The notes: generated from the letters alone by a model not told the origin. 44,871 nucleotides of DNA from an uncultured bacterium (GCA_964548195.1 CAZJQC010000010.1:1-44871); one strand, 5' to 3'. Shown: positions 1-9,643, counted from the first letter of the stretch. Numbers and translations: made by a program.

Positions 1-1
1 A

Positions 2-73
2 CTGGGCTGGGTGGATTCGAACCACCGAATGCGGGAGTCAAAGTCCCGTGCCTTGCCGCTTGGCTACAGCCCA
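2..73 (-). tRNA. tRNA-Gln (anticodon TTG); 3' CCA not encoded as far as visible
   Basis: Reverse complement reads TGGGCTGTAGCCAAGCGGCAAGGCACGGGACTTTGACTCCCGCATTCGGTGGTTCGAATCCACCCAGCCCAG: acceptor stem TGGGCTG/CAGCCCA, anticodon arm CGGGA-CTTTGAC-TCCCG, T-loop GTTCGAATC. Position downstream of ispE is the usual one. Confidence 0.97.
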
Positions 74-89
74 TTTGCAGGAAATATTT

Positions 90-395
90 CTATTCCAGCT
101 CTTCCGCGCTGACTTCCGTCTTTGGTTCCGAACTTCTTGGCTCCAGCAGCTCCTGCTCATATGCGCCGAAGACCTTCTCCTCTATCAACACTCTTGTCTC
201 ATTATTAATGGGATGGGCGATATCCTGGAAAGTACCGTCTTTTTTTCTCATGCTGGGCATGGCAACAAATCTGCCCTTGTTGCCTTCGATGATCTTCAAC
301 CCCCGGATGACAAAACAATCATCCAGTGTAATCGTCGCGAATGCTTTTAGCTTGTCGTTTTCCCTCAGATAGATCTTCACATCTGTAACCTGCAT
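90..395 (-). CDS. spoVG: SpoVG family nucleic-acid-binding regulator
   Basis: MQVTDVKI...LKAFATITLDDCFVIRGLKIIEG..G.FVAMPS.....G.FQDIAHPIN is the SpoVG signature; RBS-like GGGTGG upstream. Confidence 0.95.
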   Translation of the reverse strand: MQVTDVKIYLRENDKLKAFATITLDDCFVIRGLKIIEGNKGRFVAMPSMRKKDGTFQDIAHPINNETRVLIEEKVFGAYEQELLEPRSSEPKTEVSAEELE

Positions 396-412
396 CTTTT
401 ACCACCCTTTCG

Positions 413-1261
413 CTAACTAGCCGCAACAAGTTTCAACCATTCCCAATTTCTACCCATGCGCCTGATCGCGTCTTCCGCATCATGCACCGAATCAAACAGT
501 GCAAATACGGAAGAACCGCTGCCACTCATGAGTGCTGCTTTGGCGCCATTTTCGATAAATTCGGTCTTAAGATTAAACACCTGAGGGTATTCATTGAATA
601 CGATGTCCTCAAACCGATTGTAAAGAGCGTCATTCCAAGCATCATAATCATCTTCCATGAGGCAACGCAGCAGTATCTTACATGTATTATTTTTGGGTGT
701 CAATGGAAAACTTGCCGCACCATATGCCCATCCGGTGTTGACTTCCACTCCGGGGTAACCGATGACCAAAGGCTTGTTTAAGCGCCCCTCCAGGGGGCTT
801 ACCCTTTCTCCCATGCCTTCGACCAGCGCCAGCCCCCCGACCATCATGAAAGGAACATCGGCACCAACTTCAAATGCAACATCCTTGTAAAAATCTTTGT
901 CCTTCCCGACTGCGAACAGGCCTAACAATCCGTTTAATACCGCCGCTGCGTCCGCACTGCTGCCGCCCAGCCCGCCCGAAAGCGGTATGCCCTTTTCTAT
1001 GTCTATCTCAATACGGGATATTATGGAATATCGTTTCAGAAAAAAGGCCGCGGCCTTATACGCGCTGTTGTCTTCCGGCGGAACGCCAGGCACGCCACGG
1101 ACGGATACGCCTTCCCCCCGGGAAACTTCGATAAAGACCCTGTCATGCAGGTCTACACTCTGAAAGACCCCCGATATCTCGTGATATCCGTCGGTCCTGT
1201 TTCCGAGTATGTCCAGGAATAAATTGATCTTAGCGAATCCGTTTACCGTCGTATTCATCAA
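413..1261 (-). CDS. ispE: 4-diphosphocytidyl-2-C-methyl-D-erythritol kinase
   Basis: AKINLFLDI.G.R.DGYHEI, GHMP motif IPLSGGLGGSSADAAA, GADVPF, LMSGSGSSVF. Confidence 0.96.
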   Translation of the reverse strand: MMNTTVNGFAKINLFLDILGNRTDGYHEISGVFQSVDLHDRVFIEVSRGEGVSVRGVPGVPPEDNSAYKAAAFFLKRYSIISRIEIDIEKGIPLSGGLGGSSADAAAVLNGLLGLFAVGKDKDFYKDVAFEVGADVPFMMVGGLALVEGMGERVSPLEGRLNKPLVIGYPGVEVNTGWAYGAASFPLTPKNNTCKILLRCLMEDDYDAWNDALYNRFEDIVFNEYPQVFNLKTEFIENGAKAALMSGSGSSVFALFDSVHDAEDAIRRMGRNWEWLKLVAAS

Positions 1262-1706
1262 ATATTACCCTTACCTCATAAATGCCATCACGAATCCGCC
1301 ATTTATAAGGGAATCCGTTGCCTTCTCTTCCGATGAATTCCAAAATAACTCCGTTCGATTCTATATTATCATCAAAATCATTATTTTTCAATGCGGAGAG
1401 CATAATTAAAAATATTTTACCATAGCCGGACGCCTCCACTTTAAGGCCGTCTCCGTCACGTATCTCAAGAATGCCGCCTGTGTATGTGAGATACCCGATG
1501 CTCTCCCCGAAGCCCGAATAGACCTTCATGAAAAACTCATCGCCTTCAAGCACGGCAAAAAAATCCGCTTTGACAGTCCCCGACCCGTCCTCGAAATAGA
1601 GCCTGCCCTTAAGATGGACGGCGTCCGTCTCCCCCCGTAACGGGCCCCATGAACAGCCGATGATGATACTAACGAGAAATAGCAGCGCCGCTGTTTTCAA
1701 TCTCAT
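1230..1706 (-). CDS. Lipoprotein, LolB-like by position and beta-rich composition (start re-called to ATG 1706)
   Basis: MRLKTAALLFLVSIIIGC lipobox; about 158 aa; lies between a TPR gene and ispE, the conserved lolB position. LolB identity is inferred from synteny. Confidence 0.6.
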   Translation of the reverse strand: MRLKTAALLFLVSIIIGCSWGPLRGETDAVHLKGRLYFEDGSGTVKADFFAVLEGDEFFMKVYSGFGESIGYLTYTGGILEIRDGDGLKVEASGYGKIFLIMLSALKNNDFDDNIESNGVILEFIGREGNGFPYKWRIRDGIYEVRVIFDEYDGKRIR

Positions 1707-3330
1707 TCTCAAAATCCACATAATATAACTGACCGTCCTTATCCGCGTCGCGTGCCTCGCGCAACAGCTGTATTCCATACTCGGCATTGCCCGTCCCGAG
1801 CATCAGTTTCGCCTTATGATACAGTATCTCGGGATCATCCGGCATGGCGTTCAACGCCTCGTCTATCAGTTTAAGCGCGGTATCATGATCGCCCTTCAGG
1901 TAATACGCCCATCCCAGGGAATCAGCCACTGCAGGGTCTCCGGGAAGGAGTTTTCTGGCCTCTTTCAGTATCTCCATGGCTTCAATGCTGTATCCCTCCT
2001 GAAGCAGCAGTGAATAGGCGTAATGGTTCATCAACGCCCCGTTCTTCTCTGCCAGCGAGGAGGCTTTACGGTAACACCGGCGCATATTGGCGGTGTCTCC
2101 GGCACGGGAGTATATCCTCACCCCCATACTCCAAAGCTCATACATGACATCCTTCTCGTCCCCGAACCGTATGACAAGATCTTCAAAAAGTCCCTTTGAA
2201 AAATCGGCGTACCCCTTCACGGCAAGCAGCTCCGTCAGGCCGGCAAGACGGGCAAATCCGGGCTTGTTGTCTTTTATCATCTCCAGCGCCCCCCCGGGGT
2301 CCGTGTACCCCTCGGATGCCGCCTGATACAGCAGGGAGAGCTCTATGGTATCGTCATCATATAGCGCCTTGAACCGCCCGTAACTTTCTGTAAGAAGCCC
2401 GTATTCACGGGCCCTGATGGCGTGCTTCATGAGATATATAAGGGATTCTTTGACAAACTCGCCTTTCAGCGCATGCTCTTTCAGCATATTGGCGGCGGCT
2501 CCATCATCTTCTCCATTGCTGTTTTCCATCATGAAAGAGGCCTTGTAAAAAGAGGCTTTGCTTTCAAGCCCGCTGCCGGCATAACGACGCTCCCCCTCTT
2601 TGTCCCCTTCGTTTTCTGCAAGATAATAATATGTGAAAAAAAACTTCGCGCATTGTATTTTATCCATATTCGCGCAGCTTTCGGAAATAAAGTCTGACAT
2701 GCGCGCCACATCATTTTCGGCGATCATGATCTTGATAAGCCTGTCGTATATGCGTTCTTCGGGCTCGCTGTCGTTCAAGGAGGATAGTGTGCCGTATTCA
2801 CCCGCCCTGTACAAGAGGGCTATGTATCTGTCGATGAAGCTTTCCTTCTCCCCCGAGGAAGCGTACAGACGTCCGTAAAACAGGGCGGCTTTCTTGTAAT
2901 CCCCCCTGCCGGCATACAATCCGCTCACCTTGTTCAGAAAATATTCGTTTTCCGGCTCCAGTTCCGTAAGCCTCAGATATGTCTTTATAGGGTCCCGCCC
3001 CGACAGCTCTTCGAGCGAAGCCTTCGTATACAGCAATACCTTAGAGTCGGGTGACATCTTCAGCAGCGTGAGATTGTAACCGTATGCGTCTTCATACCGT
3101 CCCTCTTCCACTGCAAGTTTCATCAAATCATTTTTTATCTGTTCACTCCCGGGGTGATACTCTTCCAGGCTCTCAAGTATCTCTTTCATCAGGGCCCGGT
3201 CATGTGAAGTCTCTTTTTCCTTCAGGAACTCTATGTATCTGCCGGCGGAAGCGTCCGATATGGTATTCGAGCTGCCCGCCGCGCATCCCATCAACGAGCA
3301 CACGATGGCGCATATTATTATAGTCTTCAT
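1669..3330 (-). CDS. TPR-repeat lipoprotein (start re-called to ATG 3330)
   Basis: AGGAG RBS before MKTIIICAIVCSLMGC lipobox; C-terminal TPRs NHYAYSLL, DSLGWAYYLKG, PDDPEILYHKA, typical of the TPR gene upstream of lolB-ispE. Confidence 0.85.
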   Translation of the reverse strand: MKTIIICAIVCSLMGCAAGSSNTISDASAGRYIEFLKEKETSHDRALMKEILESLEEYHPGSEQIKNDLMKLAVEEGRYEDAYGYNLTLLKMSPDSKVLLYTKASLEELSGRDPIKTYLRLTELEPENEYFLNKVSGLYAGRGDYKKAALFYGRLYASSGEKESFIDRYIALLYRAGEYGTLSSLNDSEPEERIYDRLIKIMIAENDVARMSDFISESCANMDKIQCAKFFFTYYYLAENEGDKEGERRYAGSGLESKASFYKASFMMENSNGEDDGAAANMLKEHALKGEFVKESLIYLMKHAIRAREYGLLTESYGRFKALYDDDTIELSLLYQAASEGYTDPGGALEMIKDNKPGFARLAGLTELLAVKGYADFSKGLFEDLVIRFGDEKDVMYELWSMGVRIYSRAGDTANMRRCYRKASSLAEKNGALMNHYAYSLLLQEGYSIEAMEILKEARKLLPGDPAVADSLGWAYYLKGDHDTALKLIDEALNAMPDDPEILYHKAKLMLGTGNAEYGIQLLREARDADKDGQLYYVDFENEIENSGAAISR

Positions 3331-3337
3331 GGTTCTC

Positions 3338-6133
3338 CTAATAATCCTGAGATATCCCGAATTGGAACACGGGCTCTCCGTCAAAGTCGTTCAGATCAGT
3401 CCTGTACGCCCAGTCAAATTTAAGATTCAAAAACGAACCGAGATAAAGCCTCGCCCCGAAGCCCACGGACCCGTATGAGGCGGAGCCAAGGCGCCCGTCA
3501 TCGAAGATCCGCATTTCCCCGCCGCTGTCACCCGCGTATGCCAGGTCCGCAAAGATGTTCCCCCTCACATAGGATATGAAAAAACCCCTTACCGGCATTA
3601 TGATATAGTCTATCAGCGGGAAACGCAACTCGGCGTTTGCCACCAATATCTCATTGCCCCTTATATCCTCATATCCGTAACCGCGCACGGTGTCTATTCC
3701 GCCGACCTTGAACAACACCGCGTCATCCCCGGAAGAACTCCCGTAAACGCATCTGAAAGCAGCCGAGAGGCGCCCTGACAGTTTAACATATTTACGCAGG
3801 TCGGCGATCACGGTGGAATACTCAAGGCTGTCATCTGTCAAAGGGAATGACCTTTCATACGTCACCCGTATCCTGTGGCCTGAAAGGGGATGGTAATACC
3901 CCCAACTCCTCGAAGCATCGCGTACAAATGAGATGTATGAGGCATAAGCCATGTCGTGATACTCGTATCCGAGGTTGTAATAATCAGTCTTCCTGTCATA
4001 CACACTCAATCCGCCCTCTATCCTGTCCTTCTGCGTCAGAGGATAGGACATGTTGATAAGGCCGCCGGTGTATTTTTCGGAATAGTCCAGAAAGATGGTG
4101 TTTTCATCAAAAAAATAATCCTTCCAGCCGTATGCCGAAACGGTAAGGCCGTACCTCATCTTTCTGTAGTTGAAGGACAAAAGCATGTCAATATCTTCAA
4201 AATTCTCCACGGATGTCAGGTCGAAATTCACGAGAAAACGGTAGTCGCCCATGACATCGGCACCCATTACCGAGGTATAGGACCTGAAATATCCGCCGGT
4301 ATTATACTCTATGGAGCCGCCTATGATATCCGGGCGAAGCTTGACTTTATATTTACGGCTGTTTTCGGCCACATAAGCGCCGTCTTCCGGCCCTAAGAAC
4401 AGCGGTTCATACCGTGACGGCAGCAGCTCCTCCTCGACAAGGGTGTTGGCATAAGAATCCCTGTATATCCTTGCGGTAAGATACCTGTCGCCGCGGTATA
4501 TATTAAACATCATCATCTCGTCAGACACGGAGGGGTTCCTTGTCGAGTTCAGGGAATCCGTAATAAGCCTGACCGCGCCGTCCGCGAGGCCGTAAGAGCA
4601 TATATAAAGTGCGTCGCCGAAATTTCTGTCGAAATAAAGCATCTCCCCGTGGCAATCCAGCGACCCTATATTGTCCGTCACATACAGCTGCCTTGAGGTA
4701 TTGTGGTAAAGATCATATAGAATGATCACATCGCCATATTCTCTTTTTTCAACGACCGCCACCCTGCCGTCTCCCGTCCATGCGATATCTTCCTTAAAAA
4801 AACTGCCCGCGAAATAGTAATTGGCCTCACCCGACGGGCTCAGGGCCGCAATGACGTTTTTTTCACGCATCTGGCCCGTCGCATAGATCGCCCCGTCGCC
4901 GCCCCAGTCCACGGCGTTTATCGAATCAATGTCATCTAACCCCATGATATCGGCGCTGCCGCTTATGAGGTCCTTTAATACCAGCATATCCCTGTTTCCC
5001 TTCCTCACGACGAAACAGAGACGGTCTCCGTCAGGAGACCAGCATAATCCGCCCGGGAGCAGCTTGATATAATCGTACACCGCATCCCCCAGCCCCGCGG
5101 TTATATTGTCTATCAGCCGGCCGTTTTCGGCCCCCGCCAGTATTACGTCACCCTCGCCCCTGAGTCCGCTGTACGCGGCGAACACCTCGCCGTTGGGTGA
5201 AAAAACAGGGGAAAACATAAACACATATTCATCATCACTGCCGTAATCCCTCTTGAGCGAGGTGAATTCAAACACCTCATAGGGGTTTTTCTTCCCCAGA
5301 GCGTCCTGCCAGTAGGTCTGTTTAAGCTCTTCCTTCCATATCTCGGACGCGGTCTTCAGCTCGACGTCGAACACAGCCTTGAACTCCTTGTCAAAACTGT
5401 AGTTTATCTTTCTTGACAGGCGTTTGAACAGCATGACGTATTTGTCCTCCCCGAAGCGGGAACATAAGAACTCGGTAAAGGACTGGGCGAGTTTGTAGCC
5501 ATAATAACCGTTGTAGGAAAAGGTGTAGTCGTCCATCATCCCTATATCGGGCACGTCTCCGGTGAGGATGTTCTCCCTGAGCATCATCCGGCCTTCCTCC
5601 TGCCAGTCATCGGAAAAATACTCCGCCATGCCTTCCATCATCCACAAAGGCGGGAATGTCAGGGCATTATACAATGAGGAAAGTGGCATATCCCCAGGCA
5701 CCATGTATTCATATTGAAACACATGCACAAGCTCATGCCTGATGACCCTGCAAAAGTCATACAGATCACCCTTAAAGGGGACAACAAGACGCCTTTTTGA
5801 CAGTTCCGTAAAACCGCCGACGCCCTCGTTCAGCGGGGAATCGGTAATATTGGTCTGGAGGAAATCAGAGGAGTTCAGGTATATGACCACCGGTATTTTT
5901 CGTTTCAGTGAGATGTCAAGCCTCAGCCGGTAATCCTCATAAGCGCTTTCAAGGGTATTTTCAACGACTTTTACTATGCCGGCCGTCTCGTCATAATAGT
6001 GTATGATAAAATGGCCTGTCTCATATACCTGCCAGTGCAGGTCGTTTTCCCGTATTCTGTTCCTTCCGAACTGCGGCGATGCCGCGGCACAGAAAAACGT
6101 CAAAAACAGGGAGACCGCGATAAACCTCTTCAT
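3338..6133 (-). CDS. Omp85/BamA-family outer-membrane protein with N-terminal gluzincin (peptidase MA-like) domain and TolB/PD40-like beta-propeller
   Basis: Signal peptide; QFGRNR start; HELVH plus PLWMMEGMAEY zinc motif; FSPVFSPNG and WSPDG PD40 repeats; Omp85 motifs GGIDTVRGY and NAELRFP; C-terminal FQFGISQDY beta-signal. Confidence 0.88.
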   Translation of the reverse strand: MKRFIAVSLFLTFFCAAASPQFGRNRIRENDLHWQVYETGHFIIHYYDETAGIVKVVENTLESAYEDYRLRLDISLKRKIPVVIYLNSSDFLQTNITDSPLNEGVGGFTELSKRRLVVPFKGDLYDFCRVIRHELVHVFQYEYMVPGDMPLSSLYNALTFPPLWMMEGMAEYFSDDWQEEGRMMLRENILTGDVPDIGMMDDYTFSYNGYYGYKLAQSFTEFLCSRFGEDKYVMLFKRLSRKINYSFDKEFKAVFDVELKTASEIWKEELKQTYWQDALGKKNPYEVFEFTSLKRDYGSDDEYVFMFSPVFSPNGEVFAAYSGLRGEGDVILAGAENGRLIDNITAGLGDAVYDYIKLLPGGLCWSPDGDRLCFVVRKGNRDMLVLKDLISGSADIMGLDDIDSINAVDWGGDGAIYATGQMREKNVIAALSPSGEANYYFAGSFFKEDIAWTGDGRVAVVEKREYGDVIILYDLYHNTSRQLYVTDNIGSLDCHGEMLYFDRNFGDALYICSYGLADGAVRLITDSLNSTRNPSVSDEMMMFNIYRGDRYLTARIYRDSYANTLVEEELLPSRYEPLFLGPEDGAYVAENSRKYKVKLRPDIIGGSIEYNTGGYFRSYTSVMGADVMGDYRFLVNFDLTSVENFEDIDMLLSFNYRKMRYGLTVSAYGWKDYFFDENTIFLDYSEKYTGGLINMSYPLTQKDRIEGGLSVYDRKTDYYNLGYEYHDMAYASYISFVRDASRSWGYYHPLSGHRIRVTYERSFPLTDDSLEYSTVIADLRKYVKLSGRLSAAFRCVYGSSSGDDAVLFKVGGIDTVRGYGYEDIRGNEILVANAELRFPLIDYIIMPVRGFFISYVRGNIFADLAYAGDSGGEMRIFDDGRLGSASYGSVGFGARLYLGSFLNLKFDWAYRTDLNDFDGEPVFQFGISQDY

Positions 6134-6852
6134 TTTAAATACACCCTGCCCGCCGGCACTGTCCTGTCGCGGAAAAACGAAAGAAGGACCTCCGTGTTGA
6201 TCTGCGTGAGTGAATAAAATATCTTTCTGGATTCCGCGTCCACATCCTTATATCTGTAATCCTCCAGGACAAAGCTGTTTTCAACGGTCTTGTCAAGCAG
6301 CACGGCGCCTGTTTCGGCGCTTATTATCACAAAGCGCGACCTGGCCCTGAAGACATAATCATTAAATGAGCGCGCCCTCCATTCATTAGGCGTCTCAAAA
6401 AGGCCCGGAGCTCCTCCGGATTCTACGGAATAGGCAGGATTCAGTTGATCATCATCCGAATATGGGGAAAAGTACTCTCTTTCAAGCATCATATAATGTA
6501 AAAGTATATATTTTGCGCCGTAATTATGAAAAATCTCCCGTTCAAAAGAACCTTTTTTAAAGAACTCAGACGCATACCGGCGTGATACGTCAAAAGGCGT
6601 GGCCGGAGCGATAAAGGCGATATTATCCCTGTTCTCCGCGGCGACTTCCATGAAGAAGCGATGCAGGTCACGGTCCAGGCGAAAATCCTGTGACACCAGC
6701 ACCATCGGCAGCACCAGTACCTGCTGATCTTTTAGAAGCAGGTCGGGCGGCTTCCTGACAGACAAAGCCACATAACGGTCCCTGCCGAACACACAGCCGG
6801 ACACAAGAAACAGCACGGCAAGTTCAATGATCCGCATGTTCAAAGGCTTCAT
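6130..6852 (-). CDS. Hypothetical lipoprotein (start may be ATG 6837)
   Basis: LAVLFLVSGC lipobox-like N-terminus; overlaps both neighbouring genes. Confidence 0.7.
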   Translation of the reverse strand: MKPLNMRIIELAVLFLVSGCVFGRDRYVALSVRKPPDLLLKDQQVLVLPMVLVSQDFRLDRDLHRFFMEVAAENRDNIAFIAPATPFDVSRRYASEFFKKGSFEREIFHNYGAKYILLHYMMLEREYFSPYSDDDQLNPAYSVESGGAPGLFETPNEWRARSFNDYVFRARSRFVIISAETGAVLLDKTVENSFVLEDYRYKDVDAESRKIFYSLTQINTEVLLSFFRDRTVPAGRVYLK

Positions 6853-7132
6853 AGTTTTTCCTCACGGCTCTGGTCTCACGCAATCTCAATGCCTCCTGAT
6901 AATATTCACGCGCCTTTTCTGTATCGCCAAGGGCTTCAAAACAAAGCGCCATATTATTCTTTATCCTGTACTCAGCTCCCATTGAATCGGCTTTTTCAAG
7001 ATAAAAAAGAGCCTCTCCGTAGAGCCCGCCCTCCACAAGCTTAAATGCATATTCATTGTATCTCATCTGCCTGTTTATGCCGGCGCAGGAAACAAAGATC
7101 ATCAGAAACAGTATTACCGTATATTTTCTCAT
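6824..7132 (-). CDS. Small TPR lipoprotein
   Basis: MRKYTVILFLMIFVSC lipobox; TPR pattern NNMALCFEALGDTEKAREYYQEAL. Confidence 0.82.
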   Translation of the reverse strand: MRKYTVILFLMIFVSCAGINRQMRYNEYAFKLVEGGLYGEALFYLEKADSMGAEYRIKNNMALCFEALGDTEKAREYYQEALRLRETRAVRKNYEAFEHADH

Positions 7133-7141
7133 AGTCTTACG

Positions 7142-7170
7142 ATTATATCAGAAGGCCTTGCCGGTTACAA
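7142..7170 (-). promoter_or_regulatory. Sigma70-type promoter for the lipoprotein/Omp85/ispE operon
   Basis: Minus strand TTGTAA (7170-7165), 17 nt spacer, TATAAT (7147-7142); lies 9 nt upstream of ATG 7132 and just downstream of the purC terminator. Confidence 0.75.
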
Positions 7171-7173
7171 GTA

Positions 7174-7199
7174 TAAATGAAGAGGGAGCGTGCGCTCCC
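7174..7199 (-). terminator. Intrinsic terminator after purC
   Basis: Inverted repeat GGGAGCG/CGCTCCC (7184-7199) followed on the minus strand by TCTTCATTTA. Confidence 0.6.
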
Positions 7200-7208
7200 C
7201 CGTGTCGA

Positions 7209-8096
7209 TCAGTCCTTATCAAGGTTGCGGCCCGTGATCATACGGTAGGCTTCGAGATACTTTTCGGCGGTGGTGCTGATGACTTCATCCGGAATACGGG
7301 GCGGTTCGGAATCCTTGTCCCAGCCCGAGCCGGAAAGCCAGTCTCTAAGATACTGTTTGTCAAAACTTTTCTGCCCCCTTCCGGCCTCATAATCCTCAAC
7401 GGGCCAAAATCTGGAGCTGTCGGGTGTGAGAAGCTCGTCGATGATGATGATCTTCCCGCCCAGTATGCCGAATTCCATCTTTGTATCGGCGATGATAATG
7501 CCCTTTTGCCTGGCGTAGTCCCTGGCCCTTATATACACGGCAAGCGCCGTCTCTCTCACTGCGGCGGCTGTCTCGGCGCCCACTATATCCGCCATCTCCC
7601 CGTAGGAGATGTTCTCATCATGCCCTTCATCGGCTTTGGTGGAAGGGGTAAAGAGTGGCTCGGAAAGTTCCTGGCATTCCTTCAATCCGCCGGGCAAAGC
7701 GATTCCGCACACCGTGCCGTTGCGCTTATAGCTGCTCCAGCCTGAACCGGTTATAAAACCCCTGACTATACATTCCACTTTCAGCGGCTCTGCCTTTAAA
7801 GCGATGACAGAGCGGCCTTTGAGCTGCTTTTCGTACTGTCTGAGCGAGGCCGGATAATCGCCCCACTCGCTTATATCGCAGTGATTCCCCATAATATCCT
7901 TCATCATATCGAACCAGAACAGTGAAAGATTGTTCAGCACCATGCCTTTGTAGGGAATGGGATCGGGCAGTATGCGGTCAAATGCGGACATCCTGTCCGT
8001 AGTGACAATAAGCAGTCTGTCGTCGAGATCGTATATGTCCCTGACCTTGCCTCTGGAATGCAGCTTCAGATCGATATCAGTCTCTCTCAAAATCAT
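7209..8096 (-). CDS. purC: Phosphoribosylaminoimidazole-succinocarboxamide (SAICAR) synthase
   Basis: GKVRDIY, TDRMSAFD, ECIVRG..TGS, FTPSTKA..GHDENI, ADTKMEFG, DELLTPDSSRFW, DKQYLRDWL. Confidence 0.97.
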   Translation of the reverse strand: MILRETDIDLKLHSRGKVRDIYDLDDRLLIVTTDRMSAFDRILPDPIPYKGMVLNNLSLFWFDMMKDIMGNHCDISEWGDYPASLRQYEKQLKGRSVIALKAEPLKVECIVRGFITGSGWSSYKRNGTVCGIALPGGLKECQELSEPLFTPSTKADEGHDENISYGEMADIVGAETAAAVRETALAVYIRARDYARQKGIIIADTKMEFGILGGKIIIIDELLTPDSSRFWPVEDYEAGRGQKSFDKQYLRDWLSGSGWDKDSEPPRIPDEVISTTAEKYLEAYRMITGRNLDKD

Positions 8097-9016
8097 TATC
8101 TCATACCTCCTTCTTTTTCCACGGCATCTTTGATAATACCTGTCATATCCTCGGTACCAAGCGCGCCTGCGTCAAGCCATATGGCATTTTTGACCTTTCT
8201 GAGCCAGATAAGCTGTCTTCTGGCGAAATGGCGCGTACGCTTTTTAATAAGGTCCACCGTCTCCTGTAATGACGGCCCGCCGCTTATATGTTCCGTAAGC
8301 TCCCTGTACCCCAGTGAGGAGAGGCCCGGACAATGCGGGTCGAGCCCCTGTTCCAAAAGGGTGCGTATCTCATTTACCCACCCCGCGGCCATCATCTCGT
8401 CGACGCGCCGCTCAATACGTCCGTAAAGGCGTTTTCTGTCCATGTTCAGTATAAAGTACAGGACGTTGAAGCGCGCTTCGGAAGCCCCGCCGAAATCAGA
8501 AAAAGGGCGTCCCGTGAGCTCATATACCTCAAGAGCCCGTATGATCCTCTTCCTGTCGTTTGGGTGTATGCGCCCCGCGTATGCGGGATCCGATTTTGCC
8601 AGCTCGGCGTGCATGGCGGGGCTGCCCTTCTCATCGCAGACAGAGCCCAGCCTTGCCCTTATACGGCTGTTGCCGGCCGGGCATTCGGAAAGGCCTTTAA
8701 GCAGCCTGTCTATGTACATGGGTGAGCCGCCCGCGACCAGCGCGTGGCTGCCTCGGCCGTGTATTGACTCGAGCGCCAGCTCGGCGTCCGATACGAACAT
8801 GGACACGTTATAAGAGTCCCGGGGATCCGCTATGTCAGTCAGGTGATAGTGGACGCCTCCGTGCGAGCGCGGTTTTGCCGTGCCTATGTCAAGGCCGCGG
8901 TACACCGCCTGGGAATCACCGGATATGATCTCACACCCTTCAGATTCGGCAACAGATTCGGCAAGTCCGGTCTTGCCCACGCCCGTGGGCCCGGATATGA
9001 CCAGAAAATCGATCAT
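8096..9016 (-). CDS. miaA: tRNA dimethylallyltransferase
   Basis: GPTGVGKT, DSQAVYRGLDIGTAKP, IHPNDRKRIIRALEV, LGYRE, TRHFARRQLIW. Confidence 0.96.
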   Translation of the reverse strand: MIDFLVISGPTGVGKTGLAESVAESEGCEIISGDSQAVYRGLDIGTAKPRSHGGVHYHLTDIADPRDSYNVSMFVSDAELALESIHGRGSHALVAGGSPMYIDRLLKGLSECPAGNSRIRARLGSVCDEKGSPAMHAELAKSDPAYAGRIHPNDRKRIIRALEVYELTGRPFSDFGGASEARFNVLYFILNMDRKRLYGRIERRVDEMMAAGWVNEIRTLLEQGLDPHCPGLSSLGYRELTEHISGGPSLQETVDLIKKRTRHFARRQLIWLRKVKNAIWLDAGALGTEDMTGIIKDAVEKEGGMR

Positions 9017-9058
9017 ATAGCGCTCTCCATCAAAATAGCAGTCAATATAATATCAAAT

Positions 9059-9643
9059 CTATGCATTTTCCCCGAATATGGTCTGTTCGACGATCTCACA
9101 CATTGCATGAGCCAAAGCGATATGCGTCTCCTGTATGCGCGGCGTATCGTCCGAAGGGACTATGATGTTCAGATCGCATATGGAAGACAACTTGCCTCCC
9201 CCCCTGCCCAGAAGCCCCACTGTGTATATGCCCTTCTCGCCGCATGTTCTCACAGCCTTTACTATATTAGGGGAATTGCCGCTTGTGGATATGGCTATGA
9301 AGAGATCGCCCGGCCTTCCGTTGGATTCTATCTGCCTTGAGAATATCGATTCGTAGTCATAATCATTGGCGACCGCCGTAAGGACCGACGAATTGACTGT
9401 CAGCGCTTCCGCCCACAGCCCCTCCCTGTCAAAATAAAACCGCGCCACCAATTCGGCGGCTATGTGTTGAGCGTCTGCGGCGCTGCCGCCGTTGCCCGCT
9501 ATCATCACTTTTCCACCGGCGGCGTAGGTGCGTATGACCGCGCGGGAAAACTCCTCGGCGTTTTCCATGACGGAATCGTCCGCCGCGGTCTTTTCAAGTG
9601 TTTTTGCAGACTCCAAAAGTCGTTTTCTCATGATATCCTTCAA
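9059..9643 (-). CDS. gmhA: D-sedoheptulose-7-phosphate isomerase
   Basis: GNGGSAADAQHIAAELV, LTAVANDY, ISTSGNSPN, TPRIQETHI...H; TTG start with GGGGAG RBS. Confidence 0.95.
   Translation of the reverse strand: MKDIMRKRLLESAKTLEKTAADDSVMENAEEFSRAVIRTYAAGGKVMIAGNGGSAADAQHIAAELVARFYFDREGLWAEALTVNSSVLTAVANDYDYESIFSRQIESNGRPGDLFIAISTSGNSPNIVKAVRTCGEKGIYTVGLLGRGGGKLSSICDLNIIVPSDDTPRIQETHIALAHAMCEIVEQTIFGENA

Noticed and set aside
1..90. tRNA as a possible integration site or island boundary
   Set aside because: No integrase or duplicated tRNA 3' end is visible; the tRNA is in its normal ispE-linked context, and its downstream side lies outside the window.
8941..8964. Tandem 12-bp repeat CAGATTCGGCAA x2
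   Set aside because: Only two copies, in frame within miaA (LAESVAES); likely chance or a local duplication with no array structure.
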